DNA of 64,000 bases. It comes from Octopus vulgaris. Its lineage: Eukaryota. A model generated the notes under the pieces. It saw only the letters and a program-made list of their open reading frames with translations. It was not told the DNA's origin and ran no database searches. How positions within the stretch are numbered: the stretch's first letter is position 1; every line of letters begins with the position of its first letter. The stretch spans positions 53,072,001 through 53,136,000 of the forward strand of contig OX597823.1 in NCBI GenBank assembly GCA_951406725.2. Direction: 5' to 3'. The translations under genes and the position numbers were made by a program. Below are positions 38,137 to 50,814 of the stretch, in pieces.

Positions 38137-38990
38137 TAGGTTCAGATGTGGTTGTGTGATAAGAGGTTTGCTTCCCAACCATGGTTCAGGGTTTATCCTA
38201 CTGCGTGGCACCTTGAGTAAGTTTCTTCTATAGCCTCGAGTCGACCAAAGCCTTGTGAGTGGATTTCGGAGACGTAAAGTGAAACAATGTATATGCAATG
38301 TATGTATGTATCTATATATGCGTGTCTTTGTGTCTGTGTTTGTCCCCCACGGCCGCTTGACAACCGTGTTGGTGTGTTTACGTCCCCGTATTGTAGTGCT
38401 TCGGCAAAAAGAAACCTATAGAATAAATACCAGGCTTTAAAAGAAGTATTGGGGTCAATTTATTCGACTAAAAATTCTTCAAGGCGGTGCCCCTACATGC
38501 AAACTAATGACTGTAGCAATTAATGAAACATAAAAGAAGAAAGATGTCTCCGGACGATGGGTTGATAGAAATATAAGATCACTTCACAAAATCGCTTGTG
38601 GTATTTTGTTACGAGCCTTGCATTTTAAATTCGGATCCCAACGAGGTCAATTTCACATTTTTTTCATTCGTATAGGGTCAGTTCAATCATTTTCATCGAG
38701 AGCTAGGGTTCGATATAAACCACTTTCCACCCACCTCTCCTACAAAAAAATACTACTCAATAAAGGCGGCGAGCTGGCAGAAACGTTAGCACGCCGGGCG
38801 AAACGTACTGTCTTTCTCTGCCGTTATGTTCTGAGTTCAAATTCTGCCGAGGTCGACTTTGCCTTTCATCCTTTCGGGGGGTCGATAGATTAAGTACCAG
38901 TTACGTACTGGGGTCGATGTGATCGACTTAATCCGTTTGTCTGTCCTTGTTTGTCCCGTCTGTGTTTAGCCCCTTGTGGGTAGTAAAAAA
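38137..38990 (+). mobile_element. SINE B (38137-38545) and SINE C (38762-38990)
   Basis: Family-diagnostic motifs. Confidence 0.87.
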
Positions 38991-41341
38991 AAAACAATAC
39001 TCAATAAGGTTGGTCACCCGTAAATAGATAACTAAATAGGAAATGAATCCATTTCTGCTGAACTTTGTATTCTGAATGTTTAATATAATCGCTCATATTC
39101 AGTGTCTGCAAAAGGCAATAAAAATAAATACAAAAATGAGAAGATTTCTGTTTGTTTGTTTTTTGCGTGTGCGTGCTTCGTGAGAAAAAAATAATAGTTC
39201 TTGCCAAAACGTTAGATATTTCTTATCCTTACATCATACTAACGAACTCGACTATTTGCTTTTTACTGCATAGTACTAAGAAACCTTGTTAGCATCTTAG
39301 ATAACTCACTTCCAAATTTCAGTATAAAAGCAAAAATGATTATTTGTCTGCACTAGAGTGAGTGCATCGCCCTATATTTATGAGAAATATGTATTTGATA
39401 CTATTCTCATATTTTCTCACTTGTTTTCCTTCTTTTTTAACTCAAAGGAAACAAGAGAAATGTAAAGACACAAAAATCACAGGAAAAGTAATCATTCTTA
39501 AAATAAATATTGTTATTTTTCTAATTGAAACCCGATAGTCTATGTCGGAATATAGCATTTTAAGGTCACGTGTACAAGATTTATTACAGCTACCATGTAT
39601 ATTTATTTATTCTTTCATATTTTGTTTAAGCATGAAATCAGCGGAAAAACAACAACAAAAAAAGCAAATGCCAAGATAATTATTTTTTTCTTCGCTCTGC
39701 GGGTAATTTTCAGACCATTATCTGAATTCCACGGTAAAAATATCTGTTTTACTTAATGTACTGTTCAATATAAAAACGCATAAACTATATATAAAATTTC
39801 TTGTTCTCAGGTATAAATAGTGTCGGAGATAACCGCTAACAGAGCAGTGGAATAAATATATCAATCTATTCTGTTTCGACTTGTTTTTGAATTCTAAATC
39901 CTGAAGCGATTGTTTACACCTAACGTTATTTTCCTAACTTTAAATTAAGCTGAAGTGCCAATCGAATTGATTTAAAGCCTAGTAACCGGAAATTACTAGT
40001 ACCTCGTGTGCTTGTACTGTATGAAACTTTATTGTAGTGCTTTAAATATTATTAACTCGTAAACCATACTTCTTTTACCAACTAGAGGTCAAATGCTCAT
40101 TTTCGGGCTGATACATTATTAAACTTACAATATATATATATATATGTATATATGTATATATATGCACAGACATAATACACATATATAAATAATAAAGTAC
40201 ATATATATATACACACACAGAGACATATGGAATGATATTTAATACGAATGATAATAGAATAATACAATGTAATAAATTATTCTCCATTGGTTTGAAAAAA
40301 ATTAGAGAGTTGAATTATATTATTTTTGCTTCATGTTGTCACCGAACCAAAAGTAATGAATATCGAATAACGAAAACCGTCCCAAGATGCTAGTTTTGAT
40401 TTACCTATACCTATAGGGTTTAATCCTATTCAGTGAACCTGTAAAATCCAGATAAATAATCTTTATGTCTCGAGCACTTTTTCTTTGCTTGAATGGTATT
40501 AAGTTTAATTGCAAACACGCCTTGTAAAAACATAAGTCGCAGCAATTCATCCGTATCAAGAGAGAAAAGAAAAAACAAACAAGCGTTTGAAAATGGGTTG
40601 TTTTAACGATTTCTCTTGCATGCAATATCAACAAAGTATCAGCATGAAGTATTAGATCATCAGTGATATCTACATTGAATTTACAGACCTTTGCGTACAC
40701 AACAACACGAAGATTTCCAATTTCTGCCTTCAGGCTCCAATTATTTATGATTTAAGTATGCTGATTGCATTTTTTTTTCTTACTTTCAAAAACAGAAATT
40801 TTAACTTTTTCTGTCGCGTTTGAATTGTTGACATTTAACACTGTTCTTGTTTCTCTTGTTTTCTTATTAATTTTGACTATAAAAATATATTTCATCTTGC
40901 GCTACAATAATTTTGATTTTAAAACGCCCATAATGGGTGTATGCGTCTGACAACCGAGATATCACGATCTCAACCTACTTGGATTTCATCAGTCCAAACC
41001 AGTCAGCTATACAATGTGTTTCTATCAATATGTAGATGTCACCATAAGTACGCGCTACAAATTAGGTAACGCACCATAAATCTCGGTTTGTTTGTTTTTG
41101 TTTAGCTCTCGTGCTGCTTTAGCAAAACAAACTTATTAACGATATTCCAGCCGATACCCTCCCATTTTGTGTTCAAGCATAATGCTGTCTGTGATTTCGG
41201 TATGCAATGTGTCTTTTAAGCCAATGTATAAAGTTGTGATTTAAGGAATATTTGGCTAACATTTTTAGCCGTTAGAATCACCACACAAAGACCGATGAAA
41301 GCCTTGTGAGTGGATTTGATAGACACAAACTAAAAGAAACC

Positions 41342-41389
<48 letters not shown>

Positions 41390-41392
<3 letters not shown>

Positions 41393-42115
41393 TCTTTCCA
41401 AGTGCATATTACTAATTTGGTAATAAAATGGCGGCGGCTAGCTGGATGGATTCTCCGAACTTTCAGAACAAGAGAGTAGGAGACACTGATGGTCCTTTGG
41501 AAGACATACGTCCTCAGCCACTTGGACTACTGCTCCAAACTATGGTCACCACACAATATAAAGTTAACAGCAGAACTCGAAGCAATCTAACGAAGCTACA
41601 CTAAGAAGATAGTCTCAATGCAACATATCAGCTACTGGGAAAGACTGAAAGTATTAAAACTATTCTCCCTGGAGCGAAGGTGTGAGAGATATGCAGTGAT
41701 GTACATCTGGAAAATCCTGGAGAGTCTTGTCCCGAATTTTGGCATTTAAAGTTACCCCAACAGCAGAACGGGGTGCCAAATATCTCAACATCGCCATCAA
41801 AATACAGGACCAGATACTGCAACAGCTTGGGTTTCAGGGGACCACAGCTCTTCAATATCCTTCCTAAATGCCTGAGAGACCTGCATGGTGTGGATGTGGG
41901 TTTCTTTAAAACTAAATTGGATCTCTTCTTGTCAGGGATTCCAGATGAACCTACCTCTCGGCAGGAAACACAGATGCGGGCAGCGGCGTCGACTTCCCTT
42001 GTTGATCAAGTGCCATGTATCAGAGGTGGTTTCACATACTAGTGTAGCTCATTCAACGGTGGTGACCCAGAATGGCCGCAGCCTTCGGGCTGAAACATTT
42101 TTAAGGATTTAAAGA
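41390..42115 (+). mobile_element. 5'-truncated CR1-group LINE (ORF2 C-terminus plus 3' tail)
   Basis: WILRTFRTRE*ETLMVLWKTYVLSHLDYCSKLWSP, SYWERLKVLKLFSLERR, RGPQLFNILPKCLR, FKTKLDLFLSGIPDEP. Contains stops. Confidence 0.92.
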
Positions 42116-42239
42116 ATTATATATATGTATAACAGTATCGACTAGACCATTAGATGTTGTGTACACTACTGGTCACAATGCTCTTCCAATTTTGTCTCGA
42201 TTGCGCAATTCTTTTCTTCATCCATATATATATATATAT

Positions 42240-42765
42240 TCTCTTATTCTTTTATTTTTCCAGTCATTTAACTGCGTCCATGCTGGAGCACTACCTAGAA
42301 GGATCTTAGTCGAACATAATTTATCGGTCTCTTTTGCCGAACCGATTCTCAAGCTGTGATGTGGAGGAGGGGCACAAATACAGATACATAGATATATACA
42401 TATGTAAATACAGCGGACTTCTTTCAGCTTCCGTCAATCAAATCCACTCACAAGGCGTTGGTCAGCCCAGGCTATAGTTGAAGAGACTTGCCTAGGGTGC
42501 CACACTTAACCCGAAACTGTGTGGTTGGAGAGTAAGCTTCTTACCACACAACCACTTATCTTTTATATATTTTAGGAGTATCTGTTTTAGTCCGCCACCA
42601 CCGCTTGACAACCGAGGTTCAGTTGATAGAATAATAGAATAAATACCAGGCTTTAAAAAAAATAAGTATTGTGGACGGGTTGTTTTATTCGACTAAGCCC
42701 TTCAATGCGGTTCCCCAGCATGGCCGCATTCCAATGACTGGAACAAGTAAAGGATAAGAGATAAA
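42240..42765. mobile_element. Divergent SINE B pair (minus 42240-42560, plus tail 42590-42765)
   Basis: Family B tails in opposite orientations. Confidence 0.8.
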
Positions 42766-43244
42766 AGAAATCCGATGCGGGTGGGGAGTTAAAGTGTGTT
42801 TTCGTGTACGTCTAAGTCTTTGATTGAGTACAAAAGAGGGGGAAAGAGTGGAGAGTAAGAGAGCAATGTGGATTCCCAGGTTGTCGGTTTGGGTTCTGTT
42901 GTCTTCTTCTTCTTCTTCTTCTTCTTCTTCTTCTTCTTCTTCTTCTTCTTCTTCTTCTTTCAATCAGGACTCATGCCATTAGCCACAAAGAATAATCTCT
43001 AATTCGAGCCTACTCTAAGCTACTAAGAATGCGTGTGGCAACTTGAAAATCCACCCACCACAGGCGATAGAACTGACGGTTGCACAGGCGCGAAAGCTAC
43101 GTTGTATTCCTCATTCCGTAAACGGTGGCTTTTAACGGGTGGAGAGCTGAACCATCCAGGGGTACAGAAGATTCCCAATCTAGACTAGGGTCTGAAAGTT
43201 TACTACATCATAGTGGGTTACACCATGGTTCCTCTGCTTTGTGG

Positions 43245-43436
43245 CAGAAGTAGGAAGAAAGAGTGAGAGAAAGTTGTGGTGAAAGAGTACAGCGGTGTTC
43301 ACCACTGCCCCCACCCACCGGAGCCTCGTGGAGGCTAGGTGATTTTGCTCAATAAACACTCAATGCCCGGTCTGGGAATCGAAACTGCGTTCTTACGACC
43401 GCGAGTTCGCTGCCCTAGCTGGACCATTGCGCCTTC
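43245..43436 (-). mobile_element. SINE family A head, diverged or truncated
   Basis: Matches the first half of 46956-47342. Confidence 0.85.
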
Positions 43437-43439
43437 ACC

Positions 43440-43830
43440 TTGTTGTTGCTGCCGCTGCTGTGTTTGCTGTTGTTGTTGTTGCTGTTATTGCTGCTGCTAC
43501 TGTTGTTGATAAGCAACAAGACGGGTAAGGGCGATTAGGTGATGGTCTAGGGCTTAGGGGTGCGAGACCCCAGACCTTGGAAAAAAAAAACTTTGGTCGT
43601 CTTGATGTAGTCGAGGGCTCTTCGTTGACGCCCGACACCACTGGGAGGTGGCCCTCGAAGTGACTGGAAATGGAGATCTCCAGGTCCAAATTCTTGAACG
43701 GCTGTTGCTGCTGCTGCTCTTGTTGCTGTTGCTGTTATTGTTTTTGTTGTTGCTGGTGTTGCTGCTATTGCTGTTATAGCTGCTATTGCTGTTGTTGTTG
43801 TTGTTGTTGTTGGTCGTGGTGGTGGTGGTG
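43440..43830. repeat. GTT/GCT trinucleotide tracts enclosing a GC-rich island (43520-43700)
   Basis: Triplet runs on both sides of complex sequence. Confidence 0.8.
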
Positions 43831-44833
43831 TTTTCCTGGTTGTTCTTGTATTCCTCTGTTTTTATTCCCGTCACTGCAACCCATAGTTATGCTGGTGATG
43901 TTCAAGTTGAGATAAGAGGAATCGCTACAATTAAGTATCTCAGTCGAGAAACCATTTTCTTTCCTACAAACTTCATACATCTTTATAGGCTTGTGAACGA
44001 TGAAATCTAGAGTAGAAGCTGCACCTAAAAAAAAAACAACAAAAAAAAGGTGTGATCGCAAGTACATCTGCACGGTACTTATACGTTTCTTCGATCAGGG
44101 CTGACTTGAGGCTAAATAACAACAATGAAAAGAACGAAGAATAAAAGTTTGGACAATTAAAACGACTGCAGAGTATTACTAATACTTATTTTATCCATGT
44201 CGAACGGCTTAAATGAATTTGGATACCGTTGAGATTTCATCTTAGAATGAAGAATGCCGAAGATATATATATTGAATGCATTTAATTCCACGCTTTGACG
44301 CTTTCTCCCAAAACGCCAACTTCCCGTATTTTCCAAAACATTATCCACTGTTTTGATAGGAAAATATCAACATGACACTTATATAATATAACAACGTAAC
44401 TGCTCCAAAACATTTCAGAGACTATAAAGTCTATTGTAGAAAAGAGTTGACAGCGGGAATATGAATATTGATTAACCAAAAAAAGGAAAATAAGAAGAAT
44501 CAGAAAAATGGCATCTTATAGAAAAGATCTTTATATACAACAAAATTAATAATTCCGAGAATATGATGTTTCCGAGAATATTCCTTAAAATGATATCATA
44601 TACAATATAATGCCGAATTCAATGGAAACAGACAAAAATGATCGATGGTTACTAGAAACTGCAAGAGTGACGATCTGATAGGAAGTCGTCAAGAACCGTA
44701 AATTCCACAATATGTTTTACTGAAAAGTGTCTTGAGAATTCCCAATGACAGCTCAATTCTTACACCACGTTATATAACACAGAACACTATTGCCAAGACA
44801 GAAATTATTATTATTATTATTGCTGTTATTGTT

Positions 44834-44866
<33 letters not shown>

Positions 44867-45254
44867 ATTCAGCGAAAGAATGGTAATGATGTGAACAAAA
44901 TACTTAGCACCATTTCTTCTATCTTTACATCCTAAGTTCAAATTCCAGCGAGGTCGACTTTGCTTTTCATCTTTTTTTGAGGTCAATGAAATAAGTAGAA
45001 CTCAAACAATGAGGTCGATATAGTCGACTAGCCTTTCCATCCAAATTTCAGGTCTTGTGCCTATCGTAGAAAAGATTATTGTTGATGTTGGTATTGTTTT
45101 GTTGTTGCAATGTTGTGAAAGAATGTAGGCGTAGGAGTGGCTGTGTGGTATGTAGCTTGCTTACCAACCAAAAAGAGGGTAAGGTAAGGAGTCAAAGAGG
45201 AAGTGTGCTGTGCATTAAGTGTATAGAATTATGAATAAAGTATATAAAATGTAT

Positions 45255-45538
45255 AGTGGTTAGAACAGCGGACTCGCAGTCGAGGGATCGCGGGTTCGAA
45301 ACTCAGACCGGGCAATGTGTGTGTTTATGAGCGAAACACTTAAGCTCCATGCGGCTCCGGCAGAAGGTAATGGGGAAATTCTGCTGACTCTTTCGCCACA
45401 ACTTTCTCTCACTCTTTCCTCCTGCATCTTGCAGTTCACCTGCGACGGACCAGCGACCCGTCCAGGTGGGAAACCTATACACCAAGGAAACCAGAAAACT
45501 GGCCCTATGAACCAGGCATGGCTCGAGAAGGAACAAAC
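45255..45538 (+). mobile_element. SINE with a family A head and a different (V-like) 3' half
   Basis: Family A sequence up to CTCACTCTT, then CCTGCGACGGACCAGCGACCCGTCCAGG and GGCTCGAGAAGGAAC. Confidence 0.8.
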
Positions 45539-46955
45539 ATATAAAATGTATATATAAAGTGCATTAAGTAATCATCGTATTCCAATTTCCTTCTCTTTTC
45601 AATGATTAGCTGATAAGTGACTATCTTTTCATAGAGACACAACACAGGCTACGCTTTCAGGTATTTTGGATAAAGTTTTTTAGAAATAACTCAATAAGTT
45701 TACCATTAGTTCCTTGAAATGTTCACGGGTCGCGCTAGTCTTTGTTAAGGCGCGAGCCGGCAGGATTGTTAGTATGTTGGTGAAAATGCTTAGCGGTATT
45801 TTGTCTGTCTTTACGCTCTGGGTTCAAATTCTGCCCAGGTTGACCTTGCCTTTTACCCCTTCAAAGTCGATGAAATAAGTAAAATTATTTTTAAGAACAT
45901 AAAGCAAAAACGAGAACAGCTGCAATAACTACAACAACAACAACAATAAAATCATCAACAACAGGCTCCACGCAATGGGACTGGATCCACAATCATGTGG
46001 TTGGGAAGCCAGCTTCTTACTACACAGCTACACCTGTGCCCTTTCCCTCCCTTTTACACTTCATCTCTCCTCCTTCATTCAAGTATAATCAAAGACATGG
46101 TCACATGAAAAACATACCTTTTCCTTCTCAGCCACATTGGATCTTTCCGACAGAGATATGTCATCTTATGACGAGGATAACTAAATAACAACCACTCTGA
46201 ACAAACGACTCAGATATGATAGCCTCACCAATACTACAGCCACATCGAACAAAGACAGATCCGCGCCAACAACTCTACATTCACTACTACCAACAGCCAC
46301 CCAAAATAAAAAAGCAAACACACAGGAGCAGCACCTGCAGACTGATACAGAAACGCAACAACATCAACAAAACAAATTGACTCTAAACTTTGTGCTGCTA
46401 AGGGGCACTAAACAAAATTGATGTCTTTCATCACACAAATGAAACACATTGAAACAGATGTAGACCTCTTCAAGTCCAGCACTTTTAGAGTGACAAAAAA
46501 TTTGAAATTATTAACACTAGACATGAGATACGCAAAATATTGAAGGATTATATGCCCAATGATTTGGGAACCCCTAGCACAAAAGCCAGTGGAAGGCTCC
46601 TAAAGGACCCTCAAAGGAACCTCAGAATCCGCAATGGGTAATATACTCGAGGATATATAATGTCTGAAGAAAAATGGACGTGATGGTCATAATCAAAACG
46701 GGTTAAAATCCTGAGTCTTCTTTCTCGGGGCTGACATGGAGAATAACATTGAGATAAAGCATCCATCCAGCGAGGAGAGTCTGCAACCAGGTGTCTATTG
46801 CCAGGTGATTCCGTTTCATTTTTCATAAGTACAAACAAGGTAGTTCAGTGATAGATTGCGGTTTCAAAGAGATTTGACTGCTATTCCTAACATGCCGAAC
46901 GACCATGTAGAAGTTCCGTCACTGATACGTATATAAGTGCATGTATGTGGGAGTG

Positions 46956-47342
46956 GTGGCGCAATGGCCCAGTGGTTAGGGCAGCGGACTCGCGGTCATA
47001 GGATCGCGGTTTCGATTCCCAGACCGGGCGTTGTGAGTGTTTATTGAGCGAAAACACATAAAGCTCCACGAGGCTCCGGCAGGGGATGGTGGTGATCCCT
47101 GCTGTACTCTTTCACCACAACTTTCTCTCACTCTTACTTCCTGTTTCTGTTGTACCTGTATTTCAAAGGGCCGGCCTTGTCACTCTCTGTGTCACGCTGA
47201 ATATCCCCGAGAACTACGTTAAGGGCACACGTGTCTGTGGAGTGCTCAGCCACTTACACGTTAATTTCACGAGCAGGCTGTTCCGTTGATTCGGATCAAC
47301 CGGAACCCTCATCGTCGTAACCGACGGAGTGCTTCCATCCCC
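46956..47342 (+). mobile_element. Young tRNA-derived SINE family A, full length, 11-bp TSD
   Basis: Flanked by ATGTGGGAGTG at 46945-46955 and 47343-47353. Near-identical to 4277-4660. Confidence 0.95.
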
Positions 47343-48185
47343 ATGTGGGAGTGAATGTATGCATGCGTATATGGACATGCGTATGTGCATAAGTCCTGTT
47401 CCGTGAGTATGTATGTGTGTGTATGTGTTTGTGTGTGTGTTTGTGTGTGTGTTTGCGTGTGTGTGTGTGTGTGTGTTCTTTTTTCTTCCGAAAGCCATGA
47501 CATATCGACATGATTATTCCAATGTCGTTAGTTCTCCTCAAAACAGTTCAATATTAGCGTTTTATATTGCACAAGGAGCAAGCACAAACACACGCATGCA
47601 CGTACAAGTGCTGTATTGTGCATTCTATCATATTCACACACCGACAAATGTACATATGTACTTGCACGTGTACACACTAACGTACACGCTCACACACGTA
47701 CTGCGATAATGATAAAGTAAAGATGCGTGTGGGGCGAGTGTGTGGCGAAAAATTTACTTAAGTGTTCTTTTTGCCTTCTATTTATATACCTATATGGGTT
47801 TATGATGTCTTTATCGTAAATCTATCTTTTAGTTAAGTAGAGAATCATGACAAAATACTAGTCAAAATAGTGCAAATATTGTTACACATCAACAATAGCC
47901 AGAACAGCAGATACTTCCAGCTACATGTAGTTTGCAAAGAAAACAAAAGAAACCCCACACAAGATAAACCTATTATCTGTCTGACCCTGTATATGTCTTT
48001 TTAAATTCAGTGTGGATTATTTTTCTCCCTGCCCACCCTACCCTCTCTCTCTCTCTCCCTCCCCCTCTTTCTATCACTCTTGCAAAAGACTTACACATAA
48101 AAGGAGTAGTTGTTTTATAAACAATATTGTCACTGTCTAGACATTTTCTCTTTGTTTTCTAATTTTGTCTTGCTGGTTCATGCAG

Positions 48186-48253
48186 GTGGTCGGGTACTCG
48201 AGGAATTGTACGAACATGGGAATTTCTCAAAAGATCATTTCAGATGAGCCCAG
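48186..48253 (+). CDS. Candidate 68-bp internal exon (WSGTRGIVRTWEFLKRSFQMSP), host gene unknown
   Basis: Upstream TTTTCTAATTTTGTCTTGCTGGTTCATGCAG (CTAAT branch-like motif, CAG acceptor), a GC step-up, an open frame and donor CAG|GTGTGC. No homologue recognised. Confidence 0.4.
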
Positions 48254-48605
48254 GTGTGCTCTTTTAAAAGAACAATTAAGCGAAAACAGACAAACTGCTT
48301 TGTACATGATTAAAAGCATATTCCCTTTTGATTAAATATTGTAAAAGTCGATTGAGTTGTACGCATACTTTTAACTGCTATACAGATAACGATAACAGAG
48401 CTTATGGGTACGTAATATATTATGGTGTACAATATATTACACATGAATAAATTGCTGCAAGTATTCCCAAAATATGCTTCGTTTTTCCTCCATTTCTTTT
48501 CACAACTCATAGTCTTAAGAAGACTTCATTCTAAAGCAAATATGGATTGTGGTTCCAAATCATGTATGAAAGGCAATAGTTCTTATAGCTTTGGAGTGGT
48601 CGGCG

Positions 48606-48693
48606 TTCTTCTCAAGAATTATTTCACAATGCTTTCTTCTCAAGAATTATTTCGCATTCCTTTCTTCTCAAGAATTATTTCGCAATCCTTTCT
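48606..48693. repeat. Three tandem copies of a unit of about 28 bp
   Basis: TTCTTCTCAAGAATTATTTC(A/G)CA repeated three times. Confidence 0.9.
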
Positions 48694-48894
48694 AATATAG
48701 GCACAAGGCTTGGAAAAAATCTAAGGGGAAGTAATTAGTTATCGTTATTATTGTGGACAGGGGTGATAATTCTTCATCTTTCGGTAGCGGGGTGGATATA
48801 TATATAAATACACAAAAATTCAAAAGCTAGAGTAGTGGGGAGAAATATGAACAGTGATGGATATGTAATCGGGAATTTCAAAGCCAGGAATCTG

Positions 48895-49270
48895 ATCTGT
48901 TAGGTCCTGCCGATAACTAAATCCACGCCCTGCTTCCGACGCTTCGATTTATTGTCGTTAAGGTTTTGTCTCTCTCCTACCCATCGACAAGTCTGACCTG
49001 GTAAGACCTGCCTGAAGATTCATCTCCCTCCAGCATAGCTCTCTAGGTCACTGCAGCACACAAGCACTTCACCACGACAAGGTAGTTGTTGAATTGGCTG
49101 TTCTTCCGCCCTTTGACGGGTCTTATTTTTCGTCCCGCAGGATGTCCAACAATCACCCTCGTCACCAAGCAAGCTTGATTGAATTACCAGTTTAGTCGCC
49201 GACGACCCGACCATGTGACAGGTTGTACTGAGTTACATGTTACCAGTAGCACACAAGAGCGACCTGACAT
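48895..49270 (-). mobile_element. RTE-like LINE 5' region fragment
   Basis: CCAGCATAGCTCTCTAGGTCACTGCAGCACACAAGC followed by CACCACGACAAGGT resembles RTE 5'-UTR sequence as I recall it. Confidence 0.45.
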
Positions 49271-49319
49271 ATAATACAAGTGAGCTACATAACTAAATAA
49301 CATAGTCCAACAGGTATTA

Positions 49320-50127
49320 TGCCTTCAAGATATTTTTACTGATTTGGAGGGTTTTTTTGATATGCTGAATCTAAAAATCGAATCCATTTTTTTACCTTCA
49401 TGTCTGGATATCAATTACCTAAATCCCCAATCATCAGTGGGTGCTATACGTGGATTTTATGATCAATTTTTTTCCTGGGAAACAGAGTGGATACACCAAA
49501 TATCCATGCATTTTATGTATGTGGGACAACATAGCCATTGAAAATCATTAGGTTATCAAAGAATGGCGGCAGCAGACATATTAGTTCCAGAGTATTTTAA
49601 TGTGGTTGAAGAGCTTTTGGTTCAACCGGGAAAAAGCATCCTGCTTACACTCCATACCAAACTTACCATTAGGAAGCAGTTTGCTAAAACCCTGAATAAA
49701 AATGGACCGTGCTTCCACTATATCTGCAGCATATTTCACGGTTTGAGCAGTGAAAAAAATAAAAGATAGAGTATTTTATGGGCCTAAGATAAGAAAACTG
49801 GTGAAAGATAGGAACTTTGTAAATTCAAGGAATTGCATTGAAGCAATGGCATGGAATTCATTTGTAATGACTTTCTCGGCAACAAGAAGGCAGCCAACTA
49901 TGCCGGAATAGTCGACAACATACTGGAGGACTTTCATAAATTAGGACTTTCATAAATGACCACAAAGTTGCTTATGATCTTTCTAATGTTCAGCACTAAA
50001 AGAAAAATTATCCAAATGCAGATTTATAGGAAGTTGGGCATAAACAATAATATAATTTATCATTAAAATTTCTTAGAAGTTTAGGATTTTGAATAGTTTT
50101 TCAGTAGAATTTTTATGTTGGCCTGTG
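49320..50127 (+). pseudogene. DNA transposase remnant, probably Chapaev3/CMC-like
   Basis: GYTKYPCILCMWD and ILLTLHTKLTIRKQFAKTLNKNGPCFHYIC match a GYTKxxCxLCxWD / LPPLHIKLGLMKQFVKAL family. Ends GTTGGCCTGTG, i.e. a CAC terminus on the minus strand. Confidence 0.65.
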
Positions 50128-50814
50128 TAATTTATAAATAGTATCTCTTATTTTGTTATAACTTCAGAGTTAATTTTTGCTAGGGAAAAAGCTAACAAAC
50201 AGAATCGATGATGCTATTTCACGGGTACTACTCAGAAGAAATAAACTACTAAGTACCCTAGTAGAATTTGAACGCAGTAGACAGACAAGAATATGCATAT
50301 AGTCTCCAGTGCTGTGTTCATAACCAGCTCTTATAAGTTTCCCTATTTTAATTTCTCTTGACTGGCCAAAAGGCCAAATAAGGTTAAATAAAGTGTTTAG
50401 TCAATTGACTCCACCTTAATCTATTCAGAGTAAATATCATGCTCGTTAGACTAGAGACAGAAGGAAATGTTCTGTAAATTACATTAGAACATCATAGAAT
50501 ATAAGGATACATTGAATAATACGATTCTATGTGCACTCATTGGCGAAAAGATGGAATGGTCACTGTCAGAACTTCTCTAACAATAGCTTTTATCAACAAG
50601 TACTGGCATTAAGCTAAATAATAACAACAGCAGCAACGACTAGTATGTTTTTACGGTGCATTAGAGTACCAGTTGCTAAATTTTATCTCAATTAGGTATC
50701 TGTATTCTTCGCATTTCTGGATATCCTAACTGCCCCTGCAGTTCTATATTGATATCTGTCAATGAAATCGGTTTATCGATACGAAGTTATTAGTAATGTG
50801 ACTCAATTACTTTA

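Noticed and set aside
46956-47032. tRNA-like sequence (A and B boxes, D stem)
   Set aside because: The acceptor stem does not pair and the sequence continues into a SINE body, so it is a SINE head rather than a tRNA gene.
47037-47289. Near-identical ORFs here and at 4324-4576 that look like paralogous genes
   Set aside because: Both lie inside family A SINE copies bounded by TSDs.
48606-48693. 28-bp repeats resembling a CRISPR array
   Set aside because: No spacers, no cas genes and a eukaryotic context.
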